From Styela clava (Eukaryota): a DNA stretch of 64,000 bases. Location: contig NC_135251.1 in NCBI RefSeq assembly GCF_964204865.1, positions 12,152,001-12,216,000 on the forward strand. Direction: 5' to 3'. This document shows positions 27,601-42,600 of the stretch, one piece after another (position 1 is the first letter of the stretch; the number at the start of each line of letters is the position of its first letter). The position numbers were made by a program, and so were the translations under genes. Below the pieces are notes generated by a model. It did not search any database and was not told where the DNA came from. It worked only from the letters and a program-made list of their open reading frames with translations.

Positions 27601-30600
27601 ACCTGAGTGAGCTTGTACGAAGCGAACAACGCGTGTTATAAGATCAATATTCAAGGCTTTTGTGATTGAAACTACTGGAAAGCCTATGTGAAATAAAATT
27701 CCGCCTAGTTTTTTGTATATGGCCCTCCTGCACTAAAGGTTGCACACTGCTGCTTTAAGTAGTTCAGTAATTAGAATCATCAGCGTAACGCAACAAAGAC
27801 GCATGACTTTAGGGATTCTGGTATAACACTCCTAGTATTCGTAATAATTAATACAATCTATATGGAAACATGTGATGAATTTTATTATCATAAAAAAGCT
27901 GTAGGTTCAGAATATTTTTTGTGATATCATATCATTCATCTATTCGTTTATTTATCAGACGGAGAACACTGAACAACATGTCAGAAGAAAGGTATCCTGG
28001 TTGAAGCAATTTTTCGTGACCGTGTATAACATCACAGTTCATTTTAAATACGGAAAAGTTGTATTGGTGAGTTTTATAATAGTTAACAAGGATACTATGA
28101 GGAAAGCAAAACAAGAGAGTAATGCTCAAAAAGGGCACGAAAGATCAATGACTACGTGATACATCAATTATCTACGCTACCTACATAGAAATTTTTATCT
28201 GAATTCTCGAATGATTTGAATCAAAATTACAAATAAAGGCCCCACGCCAGAAGATTTCACGGTAGTGCTGTTAAAGTGTCAGCCGAGCGTCGACGGGGCT
28301 TGGCGAGAAGATAGCGAACTAGCCTGACGTCATGCCACGAGGGTCAAAAGTCAAGACAGTGTTCTCATGAATTGAAACAAAACATTTTGAGTGAAATATC
28401 GGCCTCCGTAACTGACTTCAGTCTATCGATTCCTTTCATATTCAAATGCCAAAAATTTGAAAAACGGGGATTTTTTATAGACGGCTCCACATCGACAACA
28501 GTCTAGCAAAACGGTGCATATATCCATTTTTTGTCCGATAATAAATATCTGGAAGCATTAAGAAAATGTAGATACTCACCAATGTGAATTGGCGAACTTG
28601 GGAAACAATCAGTCTACTTCTGATCTTCTCCCAAGCTGCAAAAGTCAACAGCTTTTTGTAGCTATGCCGATAAATACCTAGAATATGATTTCTCGTTCGT
28701 TCCAAGTATTTTTATTGGTAACAGAGTCCAGCAACATGCATTTATTATTTAGATTGATGGCATTCGAATCAATTTACCTGCTTTATTGCTCGGAGGAAAT
28801 GTTCAGATAAAACGGGATGGTGGAGATGTTATTTTGACTACTGATTTTAAAATGACGGTACGTTACGATGGAAAACACAATTTGAGGGTGAAGTTGCCAG
28901 CGAGCTATCGAGGGAAAGTTACAGGTATGCTGCATTCGTTAATAATGGGACCGTCTGCTATTTATTTAGGGGTTCTAACCTTTTTTGTTGTGGAGTTCGT
29001 GAAGGGGTTGACCCTTGCTCATGGAACTCCACAATAAATTGAAAAAAAAATTATTTATTTGAATCATAGATAAAGTCTTATTTGAATTACAAACGGATAC
29101 AAACAAACCAAGATTTGTCAAAAATATCATACAATTCAAGAAAAGTAAAATACACGACAACTACATCGCGGTTATATTGTATCGTGGTGATGTACGTAGT
29201 TGAAAACCCTTTCTAGAACTATTGACTGAATATTACAATACAAACTTAGATATTGACATAGACATTGTCTCTTCTTGTCGTCGTAATAGGAAAATGAAAC
29301 TTTTAGACTCGAGGCGTCATAATACACGGGAAAACAAATTCAGTGTCGCACATGGGCCGTAGTCGAGTTTTTAGAGTTTGCGAACATCAACAATTTGACA
29401 AAAGTATCCGTTATTTACGGGATTTGTCACGTACCTATCAATATAGAGATATTTTTACAACGCCCATTTATCTTATTGAGTGTCACTAACCTGAACTTAT
29501 GTCCGTCGTTACTAAAAGTTTTTATTGACTTGTTATTCTATGGTTTCTTCTTATTACAAATTCATTGCGGAAGCCGCCAATTTCCGGTCGAACAAAGAGA
29601 AGTGTTTGATTGGCTTTTAAATCTAACATTAATGGAATCAATTTTTGAAATTAATGGGTCCTACTTGTTATGTACATGTCGGTATATGGTTGTTATACGT
29701 TGCACATATTTTCTTTGTATTTGTAAGAGGCAACTAACTACTTTGTTTGTGGCTGAAGTGTTGAACGTAATTATTTTGGCATTGTATCGTTACAATCCCG
29801 GGTTCGAATCCAATGCCCACCACTTTGCTCAGGGTGTAATAAATTGGCAATTCGAAACATACAAGATTATGGTCATTTTAAAATATCGAATAAGAATATT
29901 TTGAAATATTCTTATATTTCAGTGGTTGCTCGAAAAATCGCGATTTACACTTTATCAGCTCTGTGACCCAGCATATTTAGGTAAAACGCTTTCAACACTC
30001 AACGCTTTCACACACAACACACAATTTTGTTCTATATTATATACAGCTTTAGAACTTTTGTTTTCTTTAACGAAACCAGGGGACGCGCCAAAAAATAATT
30101 ATCACTGCTTTATATATCGTTTTATTCATTTTTTTTGTAAATGTTTTATCCCTCAAAATAATCAAAATATTGTTCAAAAAAACAATTGGACAAATGGATT
30201 GTAAATGTTTAATTCCTCAAAATATTGGTTAACAAAACAATTAATATTATCTGAAATAATATTACAGGACTTTGCGGAAACTATGATGACGACGTAACAA
30301 ATGATTTCATGTTCGGTAACAATACCTTCACTGATGCTGCTTTGTTTGGAAATGCCCATGAAATAGTAGGATCGCTGAAACCAGGGTATGAATTCTCTTT
30401 TTAGATTGAATGAATCATACTGCTCTAACGATTAGGGTCATCCAGTTGGAAAATCAACTCCAACTTCCGACTTAAAATAAAATTACTTCGATTCCAGCTC
30501 TCGATTTCAGGTCGATGGAAACAGGACCTTTAGGTTTAGACTGTTGATGGGCGCTAAATGTTTTCAGTCACTTCTTTTCGTTTTTTTTTTATTGGCCTTT

Positions 30601-33600
30601 GCTGCTGCCCTGGTTTTTTTCCACATTCCCGTCCTGTCTTCGACTCTTGTTTCGAACTCCGAGGAACTCACAGATTTTAAATTTGTCTGCGTGAGCCTTC
30701 GTCAATAGGTTTTTATGAACCGTCAGACAACGGACAACTTAATCTCTCGATGTTTCTGATTAATATTTGCTTATGGGAGTCTTATTCAATGAGCTGTTAT
30801 GAACCGTCAGACAACTTATTCTCTTTAGGAAACGTTAGACAACTTAATCTTTTTAATTAATGTTTCTGATTACCGGTAATTTAAAATTTCGGATCCGATT
30901 CCTGGCTCAAAAAAAGTGTAAATATACGCCCCTTTAGGACTTAGACTGCATTGAAAGCAAGCTAAAATCCGATTCCTCATTCTTATAAAGAGAAAACTAA
31001 TTATCAAAACGATTTAAAATTTATAACTCAAGTATCCGTGTTACAAGCTCCATTTATGTGATTGCTCTAAGCTTTGTTAAATCGTTTCTAAAACCGAAAT
31101 AATAATTTTATTCAGTTAGATACGCGACAGATATAGAATGTAACGAAATGTCTTGTAACCTGGAGATTAATGAAAACATAAATAAAAATATTTCCCTGTC
31201 TTTCAGATGTCGACAAGGCGAGGTCGGAGATGATGTTGATGGCTGTACTGAACCAGCACAGAGAGCAATATACGCTGAAAAATGTGCGGCGATAAAAACA
31301 GACTGTTTTATGGATTGTGCTAGCGAAGAACGTATTCAGGAACTTTTCGATGTACGTATTCTATACTAAGAATAGAAAATATCCAAGGTTTTGTCCCATA
31401 TAAGTTCACAGCAATAATCAATGACGGCCGGACTTATATTAGAGCAAATATGACTTTCTTTTTGATTAAACTAAATATGAATTGGATATATAGCCTATCA
31501 TCAAAGTATTATTGTTATGACAGGAATGTGTCTACGATATGTGTGCGACCGGTGGAAATTCTAAGACTGTCGAAGACGCATTGACCACTTTTGCAGATTT
31601 TTGTGCAGATTTGAACATTCAAATATGCGATTGGAGAGACAGGTTCAATTATCGTAAGTCGTAATCATTGGACACGAAATGGCCCTATGGATAGTTGTTG
31701 TTGTTGTTTTTTACTTGTTGTTGTGGTCTTTTTCCTTAACTACTGGATCAAAAGTTTTTAAGTGGTTAAACATTATTGTTGTGGCTAAAAGGCTATTTAT
31801 TTGTTTTTATTCACGGGAACATCTTACGACAAGGCTTTCCTTCGTTTTGACTTTGCGAAACCGGGGGCCAGCCAATTCAGCGATATCTATTGGCGTTATT
31901 GAGTGACATTAAGTTTCTGAGTACTGTACTAAGATACCTAATATGCACTAAGATGTACTAAGATGCACATGCACAACAAGTTTACAAATGAAAAAAAAAA
32001 AACTAATTTTATCAACATCGTATTGAAAAACTTATACAACATTATAAAAACAAGAATCAGGAATATTTTATTTTTGTGTAAAAATTGGCATCATAACTTC
32101 ATATTTCTGGTTTTTTTTTCAGCGAAAATTTGCGAGAAAAACTCTCAATACAAATCACATGCAAACAGATGTCCGAATACATGCGTTGATCCAAATGCAG
32201 AATCAAGATGCGTTAGAAAACCGAAAACAGAAGGTTTGGAATTTATCTACCTTCCGTATAAGTTATTTATATTTATCCTGTAATAATTTGGGTTATTTTA
32301 AACTTATCTAACTAAATCATCTCAACGTAAATTTTTTATCCAGGCTGTGTATGTAACAAAGGATTTGTGAGGGATGGAAACGACTGTGTTCGACTTTCTC
32401 AATGTGGTTGCTCAGCAAATGGACGATACTACAAGGTAAATCAGTGATTTCCAACCTTTTTCAATAAATTCCAATCTTTGCCTATTTCGAATTTCTTCAT
32501 TTCTCATCTACTACGTATAAAAACTCCAATATTTGGTTTAATTTTAATCTTTAATGGATCCATAACTACTGATACCCATATCTCGTACTTTGGATTTTGC
32601 GCAGTTTAAATATTTCATCATAAATGCATAAATACGTGGTACAATAATATTGAATAACTAAACTGAACTACAAAAAATACAAAGTTATATATCCTCCATG
32701 AGAACATCAAAATTCCTTCCTCGTGGAGCCATTCTTTCCCGGTCCTTCCCGGAAAATATTGAGGTAGTTTTCATTTCAATTTCACTGCTGCTTTTTCATT
32801 CTCTAGCAACGTATTGGAAATAGATTTTTTATTGCTAAACATTCTTATTCATATTTCTTTGTGCTCTGTAGAAAGGAGAAAATTTCTTAACATCTAACTG
32901 TCTGCAACGTTGCGAATGTACTAATGGAAAACTGACATGTAAAGCGACATCTTGTGAGGAAGATAGAGAATGCAGGGTTCTGCCTTCCGGAAAATATGGA
33001 TGCCAACTGAAACGTAAAATATAGTTGATAGAAATTTGTATTTGCGGTTATAATGTATTTTTTGCTGGATTAATTACTTAGAAATCTGCTTAATACGTTG
33101 CCTATTCGTGCTCAATATGAATGTGGCTGGCAGCATGAAGACAGTTCAAATCATGGATGAATACCGGGTCAATGCAGGTTTGCGATGGCCTGGCGGTTTA
33201 AGCTTTATACTTAACGGTGTCGGCATTAAATTCCCCCCAGCTAAGGTATAATAAATTCGATAGTCAGTACAAAACAGAAAGATTCCGGGACTTATGTCTT
33301 CTTTGTTCGGAGCGAATGACGAAGATTCAAAGCGAAAGTGAATAGCAGTCGTAATAAATGTTTATTCATGACCAACGTCCTTCTAGCATAAGGATTAGTT
33401 CAAGGTACAAGTATAAATCGCGCTATGGAAGTATTAGAAATGATATATTGTTAACATATCTTACCTTGACCCATCGATACGACTTTGCTGAAATCGACTT
33501 ACCACTTGCGAAGCAACTAAAAATAATATGTAATTTTTTCAGAGGTCGACGTATGTTATGCCACTGGTGATCCTCATTACCAAACGCTAGATGGCAGCAA

Positions 33601-36600
33601 ATTCGATTTTATGGGAGTATGCTCCTATATCATGGTCTCAACAGATGGCATGGGTATCACTGATCTCAACAGAGGAATTGTCATTGTGGCACAAAACGAA
33701 AATCGCAATGGTAATACACGTGTATCATACATCAAACTCGTGACCATCAAAATTTTGGATTTCGAAATACAACTCGGACCAGGAAAAACTCTTACGGTAC
33801 GTATTTATATATATACAGCGATTTGAAAAATGTGCATATTTTGTATTTCAGTTTCCTTTTTGTTTCGTTCAAGTTTATCCTCATTTCTACCTCTTCATTC
33901 AATACAGATAAAACGAAACGGAACACGGATCGAGCTACCAGCAACACAAAAGTTTGCAAATGATAATGAATTGTTCGAGACTAAAATATTGGGGAGAAAA
34001 GCAAGATTTTCAACTAAATTTGGTGTTGAAGTCAAGTTTGATGGAACAAATTTGTACATCAATGTACCGAGTTACTATATGCACAAGGTATCTTCTATTT
34101 GATTACTATAACATGCTGTAATATTCTATGTAATATAACATATGCCTTTGAAAAAATTCGTGGAAGTTATTCTTTGAAAAATAAATAGCTGTTAGACAAA
34201 TGTTCTGTATTTTTAGCGATCACCCGTATTTTGAAGAATATATTGCAAAATATCATCCTGTTATTCCTAACTATGATATAATACCAGGATACTCTAATAC
34301 CAGGAATTTAGGCTTGCACGTAATTGACAAAAATCAATTCCGTAATTACGGCCAAATCGATTACGTAATGACCCCGTAATTGCGATATTTTTTTCACACT
34401 TTTAAACCTATCATAACAACCAATTTAATCCACTTCTATTCCGAATGGGACATCGACAGTTGGGACAGTTTGGTTTTCATATTTCCGCCAGTACTATACG
34501 CCGGCGACAGATGCTGAAGACAAATATCAAGGAGTGAATTCAAATTAATTTTATTCTGATTTTTATCTTTTGTGTTAGTTAGCTTTGATTTTCCTTTATC
34601 AACTTTATCACCCAATTTTATGTGATCAATTTTATCATTACCAACACTGGTAAGTGGTTCCGGGTTTCTAATTTATAAATCAACGACGAGCGTATTCTCT
34701 CGTTTGATTATACTTGCGCTTGCCTCGCGACGAAGACTTGTTATTGTACCGTTTTTTTACATTATCCGACTTTACTACCTAGTTAGCATTTTATAATAAT
34801 TATTGATGCCGACTTATTTACGATATTCCGATTACCATGCTTCATTTTACATTAAATCATTTCGTGGCCTAAATGTTATAACGGCGGTGTGGCTCAACGG
34901 GCTAAGCGTTAGGAATACGCTCGCCACCGCACCTCTAGTCACTCTGCATGGGTTCGCAGGTTCGAATCCCATGCAGGGATGGTTATGTGCGAGAGGATTG
35001 CTGGACTCCTCGCCGTCGTTGGGTGGTTCACGTAACCGCTGGTCGGTTACGGCTTCCTCCACCACCAAGTCCATGCTTCCGAAAACAAACAATACAGTAA
35101 AAACTAATCCCATACCCGACTTGGAATGGTAACCGGACGAGAGGCCGTGGTTCGCCATATGGATAAACCGTCTTATCGGCTTTCCTCTCCCCCGGGATAA
35201 ATATGTAAATCCTATCCTATTTGCGATAAATTTAGATCAAATATTAATTATTTGCGCATAATTTAAATACCGTACTTATATGACATGCCTTCTCCGAAAA
35301 TACAAAGTTATATCGCAAAACAATGCATTTGGTGACATTTATTTTGCACTCACGAAAATATTAATTTACTTTTCTAACTCAAGTCGACACAAGTTTGATC
35401 GAGTGCCGGTGGTATTTGAGTCGACGATAAATCAAAGTAAGTTGCCGCATTTAGTAAAGACTTAAAGATATTGTAAAGACATATTTGGCCGAAATAGTGC
35501 GAGGCATTGTGAAAACAAGGCCAAGTCCGGACAGATATATAACGATAAAACCGGTAACAGAACATCAAGATTTTGTAATAGAAAATGGCTCTCGCGCAGT
35601 ATAAACATGGGAAATCCCGTCTTTTTGTTGTTTCTCTGCCGTCTGAATCGCTTCACCGATGCCGAAAAGACTAAGTTGCGTTGGTTCATTACGCAATTTC
35701 TCTTCCGTCGTCATATTGCTGTTTGATAAGCGCGACATTAATTATAACGGCATTTACAAATAAACCATGTTTGGTAAGTTGTCTCTTACATTCTTTAGTC
35801 ATTTCACCCGAAGAAGTTGAAACCAGGTGTGTTGGCGTCCATCGGTCTCTTCCGTAACTCGAAATAATTCCGTAATTCCGTAAATTACGTGCAAGCCTAA
35901 CCAGGATAGTTATGTTAATTTTCTTCTCTCTGTATGTTTGAGTCTTGTTACAGGTTGGTGGATTGTGCGGAAATTATACCGGGGTCAAAGATGACGATTT
36001 TGGCGGAAGAACCCTCATGAATTTCACAAAGAATTATTTGTATTCTGACGGATGCGGTGAAGATCCCGACAGAGAAGAATTAGTTTGTACCGATGCTGAT
36101 AAAGCTAAATGGTAAGACGACCGACTTACAGAAAACATAGTTATTGGACATGAACCTATGAATTGTTTTGTTATTATTATTAATATGTTGTTGTTGTAGT
36201 TGGTAATATATTACCTCATCATGTTGTTATCAAAAAAACGCTTTACTTCTTAAGTACTGGACCAATTGCTTTGAAATGGTTTAATGGTGAGTGATTGTTT
36301 TGTCGCTAGAAGGTTATTACTTTTATTTATTCCTAATTCTTCTATGAATTTTATGAGATGTGATATTTTAATCAAAATTTTGCTGTTTTATTTTTAGTTG
36401 TGAGACACGGGTTTTAATCCTAGAGACGGCCTTTGTCAGGGCTGTTCTCCGTTTTATAATTAAACTGAAAAAAATTTATTTTTAATTCAATTAAAAAATT
36501 TCCTCCTAATATGCTAAATTAATTTTATAAATGAAAAGTAATCAAATTTCATAATATACTTTTGTGTAACAGGGGAGGAGCAGAATTTTGTGGAAAGTTG

Positions 36601-39600
36601 AAGAATCCCGATAGTCCTCTAAAATACTGCTATGATATTGTTGACGTTCAACCATACTTTGACGATTGTGTATTTGACGCCTGTGCATATGAAGGGGATG
36701 TAGATGTAATACAAAATGTAAGCATTATCTATCAGTTAATTTTTAAAATAAAGCTTCCTTAGCATAGAAAGCATGGTATTTTAGAATGAAAAGTGATAGT
36801 AAATTCTAATACAAATGTCATGTATCGTATGCATTCCTTAATTTTAAAGGGGTGTGTCAATTATACAGAATAATGATCTTTCATACCGGTCCGTATATAG
36901 ACAATTGGGAAACAATCAACGGGGTTAAGCGATACCAACTACCTTAGTATCATATGTATGCTTTTGCATAAGTGGATCTGTGTGTGTGTAATACACGGCT
37001 GCTGAAGCAAGAATGAAGATTACTGTGTTAGTAAACAACAAGACTCTTGAATAAAATAAAGTAATAATTGTTACAACAAATATTTTAACAGGCAATCTCT
37101 GTGTACAAACAAGCTTGCGAAGACAAGAACGTTGATCTGTCTTGCAGATGGGAAGAAGAGATAGGATTTACATTACCAGCCTGCCCAGATAACAGTAGAT
37201 ACGATGCGTGTGCATCTGTTTGTGTGAATACTTGTCAAGATCCAGAAGCTTCCACAGGGTATATTTATAAACTTATATATAGGACTGAGCTTTTCAAAAC
37301 GAATATTCGAATAGTAAATTATTCGAAACGGTTTAGGCAGAGTTTTTCAATTTTTGAATTTTCACTTTTTTGTATTCCAAGGGGTAGGTGAATTCCTCAT
37401 AATTTTGAACTGTAATTCTGACTTACCGCTTTTTTTCTTGGCAAGTTAATAATGAAGCATGTTTCTTGTTTTGTGCGAACACTCAGAGATCTGTATGAGT
37501 AATGGATTATATGATTTTAGTAATTTATGTGTATGGAGGATCCATTACAATACAAAGGTCGCATACAATTACATATATTACAAGAAGCAGTCGGGATTCT
37601 ATTTGAAAAAATATTCGATTTAATTCTAAAATTGTCAAACATTCGACAATGCCCAGGTCTACTTTTATACACGTTTAAAATTGTTCTGCTTCGTTCTTCG
37701 ACTCTAAACGGAAAGTTTAAACTTTATTTCAAATCTCTCTTTTCAAGGTGTTTATCGGTAGAAACAGTTGCACGGTGCGTGTGTGAACTGGGATATGTTT
37801 TAAACAACGGTGAATGCGTCGAAGACTCTGTTTGTGGGTGTAACTTCGAAGTTGATGGCTACGTCGAGCAAGGTGCATTTTATATGGCACCAGGATGTGC
37901 GTACTCTGATAGGTGCGTTGGTGCTGGGTCTGCTATACGAGAGGAAGATCCATGTGGCAAGGAAGCAACCTGCAAGCTGTCGAATTCTGGAGAATATCAA
38001 TGCATTCCCGATGTAAAATTTATTATTTGTGTAAATAACCATTCAATAAATAAAAATAACAGTATGCAATATCAAATATATGGACGATCAAATGATTAAC
38101 CCCGGTGCAGCAGAACCGGTAGCCTATTATGCGACCCACACAGAAATAAATATCTTGTACGGCTAATCAAATGCTTTAAATCAAGTCTAAAACCGTAGCT
38201 ATACGCGGTATTAATAAGACCTTAGTTGAGCAGCTGATGTGTTTGAAAGATGGCCCCGTGTGGGTGCATTATATACACAAAATAGCAAAATGGAGGTGAA
38301 ATTGACATTTACTAAAACTTCAATAAATAGTTCTGCGTATACTTGGCCTAACGTGAATAAGAACATCTTTTCAACTGAAATAAACTGAATTATTTTTAAT
38401 ACTTAATTTAATTTAATTAATTGAAAATTTCTTGATTCAGGAATTTGCATATGCTCTTGTTTACGGAAAAATACACTTCAAGACATTTGACAACAAGTTC
38501 TTCGATTTCCAAGGCGACTGTGGATATTTATTGGCAGGGTAATATCAGTAGTCATTGTGTACATACCTATTTCTTTGGCCAACTTTCTAATCTAACTTGA
38601 GTGATTCAAGAGTCTTGCTGCACCAAGGTAAAACAAACGTTACAGAAATATATTTGTGTTTGTGTCTAGCAAAACTCTTGAATTACTTAAGATAGCTATC
38701 TTAATAATCATGCTATAGCATCCTTGCAATATATGCAAACGGATACATCGGCACAAAAGCATATAAAAAAGTAGTTAGTCCAGCACAAATCAAATTATTA
38801 GCGCAAATATCTAATCTAATGCATTGATTCGATTAATGGCTAATTGCATATCAGCAGCTTATACAAACTGCTTATCTGTGCAAGTATATTATCAGTACAA
38901 GAAATTATCTATATTGCCATTAAACGATAATCCATGATTAAATATTGCTAAAATATTGCTAATTTTTCTCAAAAATCTACATAAAAGTGGAGAATACACA
39001 CACACGCAGGAAAAGGTTTAAGCCTAAGTTTTTATACGAGGCTTACTTGGGCCAGTCACTTCAAATAAGGTCGGCCCTACGAGGGACCGAAATTTTTCTG
39101 TTTCGTCATTGTCTACCCGATTTGTCACACTCTGAGGTGGGCTGCCATGTTGAGGTTTCAATCACCAAAATTATTAACGCTCAGTTCGTATACGGAAAAA
39201 ACTTATTTTCGAAATGTTTTCGAAGCACATCTACTATCTTTAAAGTGTACTTGGATTCTATTTCTATTTTTCAAGCTTCTGTGATTTCATAATGATTTTT
39301 TCAGATATGGCCGACCCGATTCTGACGAAAAAGATTCACTCGCTTTTGCGGTTTATATCCTTAACGGTGGATGGGAATACAACGAAGGAATATCACTTGT
39401 AGTAAAAGTATGGAAAGGCGACAAGGAAAACGTAATAAAAGTTTCACCCAAGAAAATTGTCATGGTAGGTCGGATTTATTTAGAATAATAGCCACCACCT
39501 GGGCTCTGGGTCCCGGTACACGAGGATTAGTTCCTCCTGATTGTATGCTTTTCCAAGTTAATGTTCTGATATAATTTTGTAACGTTATATCAAATTTTCG

Positions 39601-42600
39601 TGCCGTTGTAAATTGATAAATTTTTAAATTTTTAAAATCTTGTGATGAAATAATGCAGGTAACATTCGAAATTTATTGCCAAAAATATCGACTCTGTAAG
39701 TTTGCTGCTTTAACAAGCTGAAAAAGGCAGGTAAACAATGAAATGTAAGCTTTGAACTTGTCGAAAGTGTCTAATAGGTTGCCGTTAATTGTTAATAGTC
39801 ACCATACGGAAGGGCAAAAGGATGCATATTTAGTGAAAAGCGATACTATATCTCACTCTTACGCAATATTCAACTCCTCAATATTTGACTTACATAAAAA
39901 CTGAATCTTCTATTTCTCAGGTCGATGACGTCCGTGTTGCCGCTGGGTCTCAAGTTGGACAACTTTCTGTTGGAAAGAAATTAGGAAAAGTTGTTCTCAG
40001 CTTCGAATTCGGACTTCATGTTTTATTCAATGGATACGATTGGTACATGTTGGTACATATGTCTGAATCGCTATTTCCTTGTATGAGTTTAAGTATCGTC
40101 AAAGAAAAATAAACGGTTTAAAAATCATACATTTTCGTTTGTAATTAAAAATAACCGTCATTTCGATACGTTTCAAATCAAATATTTTGTCGAACTCCGT
40201 TACGCAGTTCATGAAATCATATCCTCGAAAAAAAACTTTTCTGGTATTTCGTTTTTGCTGGATGATAATATTTCGTTCCCTAATAACATTAGGGAATAAA
40301 TAGTTTTATAACGTGGTCCGGCACCATTACATTACTAGTGATAGTTTGGTATTGATAATAATAATATACACTTAATTAGTAGAGATATAAGTATTACATC
40401 TGGTGAGAATCTTCAACCTAGGCCTTTTTTTTTTATCCAATCAGGGTTCGCGTTGACGTTGACCACAAGTACAAGGAGAAAATGTACGGTTTAGGTGGAA
40501 ATTATAATGATCAACCTGGTGATGATATGCTTGTAGGAGGTGATATGATGTTTATGCCCAGGCAATGGGGTGATCATTGGAGAATGGCCGAATTTAGCTG
40601 TAGCAGGTTAGCTGGAAAATATTTAAAAAAACTGTATTTCTGAAAGAAAATGAAATGACATGTTTTGACAATATCAGTTTGCTGATAGATTCGCACGTTT
40701 CAACATTCTTAACTTATTTGTTAACTAATTTATGTTTGAATGTCTATTATATACAACAAAAAAAGAATTATTTTTCAAGATCGATTATTATTAGAATTGA
40801 CATATTGTTACACAAAGGGACTCTTCGTCTTTTTATCTATATGTACTCTCTGGGTGAAATATATAAATTAGGAATATTTATATGCACCGTGCATCCAACA
40901 TACTCACTTCGTTCGAGTAGGATAAATCCTCGGTTGCGTTACCTGGTTTATAATAGATCTGAAATTTTAGGAGAATAATGACTTTAATAAGAACATAAAT
41001 TTGTATATACATATATAGTAGGCTATATACTTTTATGGAAATTTTTCAATTCGCGCAAAGGATTTTGTCGCAAATGGTATCAACTCTACTTAAGCCACTC
41101 GTTTCCACTAAGGGTGAGAATAATGTTTCCGAAAAATTAAACATTGAATTAATACTATTTTTTAAATTATAACAAGATGCAATAAAGATACTGAAGAAAT
41201 TGATCGAACCTGCGCCCTCAAAGCTAGATATGAGAGATCCTGCGACTGTGGTGTGCTTACTGATACCGATGGTCCGTTCGCTGCCTGTCATAAAAAGATG
41301 GACGCTCAACCATTCTTCAAGAGTTGTGTGCTGAGTGCTTGTAGAAACCAGGGATCGTCGTTGGCTATTGCAATGATTATGAAAGCTTACTACTTTGCTT
41401 GTCTCGGAAAAGGAGTGAAGATTGAAAAATGGAGAGAGGCTGTTTCTATACGTAAGTTTTCAAATGTTCCCTAATTTTTAGATGTGGCAACACACGTAAC
41501 TCCTAACTTGAATAGCCATAAATCGGCGTATCTACCAGTGCATAGGGGCAGTCATATAACGTTTATATAAGTTACAAATAGTTTTATCGCTAATAGCAAT
41601 ATATCTACCACTCCTAAATTTGGGACCACCACCCATCTAAAAAGCAAATATGGGGAGCATCTTGCGTACGATTCTGCCAACTCTCCTACTCAAGCGTAGC
41701 AGTGGTAAGTTATGTGTGTAATTACCGCTCATTCTATGAAGTGGACAAAGAAAATAGTGCGCGAAAGTAGACAATTATTTAGAAATACAAAAGGTACATT
41801 GAATAAATTTCATTCGAAAATTGAATAGAGCCTAGGTATAAGATGTGGCTTTGTGACTCGTCGGTGTGGCACATCGTGCTAAGCGTTAGGAATACGCTCG
41901 CCACCGCATCTCTGACTACCCTTCGTGGAATCGCAGGTTCGAAACGGCGCTCATTCACACCTTTCACTTCAAAAAATCCCCTATACAAGCTGACACTCCT
42001 ATCTAACAAAGCCACTTTTATTTGGCAGAACCAGAACCGACTCGACACAGCCTAAGCCATTTGATACAGTTAAGTCTAAGGCTTTAACCGATCACGGCGA
42101 CTGAAAGTACCTGCAATTACAATACGATAACTAATCCAAATAATCATATTTAAATAAATGGACATTATTAATTTTTCATTCTAAGAAGAGCCGCTTATAT
42201 TAGTCTTAGTAGTGGTACTGACATTCCATTTTTGTCTATTTACAGCGATGGAATGTCCTGAGAACAGTCATTATGTAGAATGTGCAAGCCAGTGCCAACC
42301 TCGTTGCGGAGAAAAAGATCCAGATTGCCGAACCTCAACCTGTGCAGAAAGTAAGCGCAGAGTCTCTCCTTGATTCTTTGAAAAAGAATGATGTAGATAT
42401 GAAACAAATCTGAGGAATTTTATTTATTCAAATGTTTAATTATATTCAATTACCGGTATTTCTTTAAATAAGTTTAATTTTAATACATAATAGTTTCAAA
42501 GTTCATTTTTTTTGTAAACAAAAATAATTTTGCAGGTTGTGTATGTGACGATGGCTATATTCTCAGCAATGGAAAATGCGTTGATGAAGATAAGTGTGGT

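Noticed and set aside
29395-29904. 169-aa ORF, one of the longest in the track
   Set aside because: Intronic, TTG start, no recognisable motifs, and composition typical of translated AT-rich non-coding DNA
34883-34980. tRNA gene
   Set aside because: A and B boxes are present but there is no acceptor stem or cloverleaf, and the sequence continues into a dispersed repeat body and tail, so it is a SINE
34890-35075. HDV-like ribozyme in the SINE (GAC-TCCTCGCC-GTC as P3/L3, GCTCAAC/GTTGGGT as P1, GG, then a P4-like hairpin)
   Set aside because: No P2 3' strand compatible with that P3 follows a J4/2; the downstream GTCCA pairs with TGGAC, which overlaps P3. The nested double pseudoknot cannot be completed by eye.
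37527-37747. N-terminal part of the 190-aa ORF 37527-38099
   Set aside because: Read-through from intron/MITE sequence; only 37748-38012 is exon
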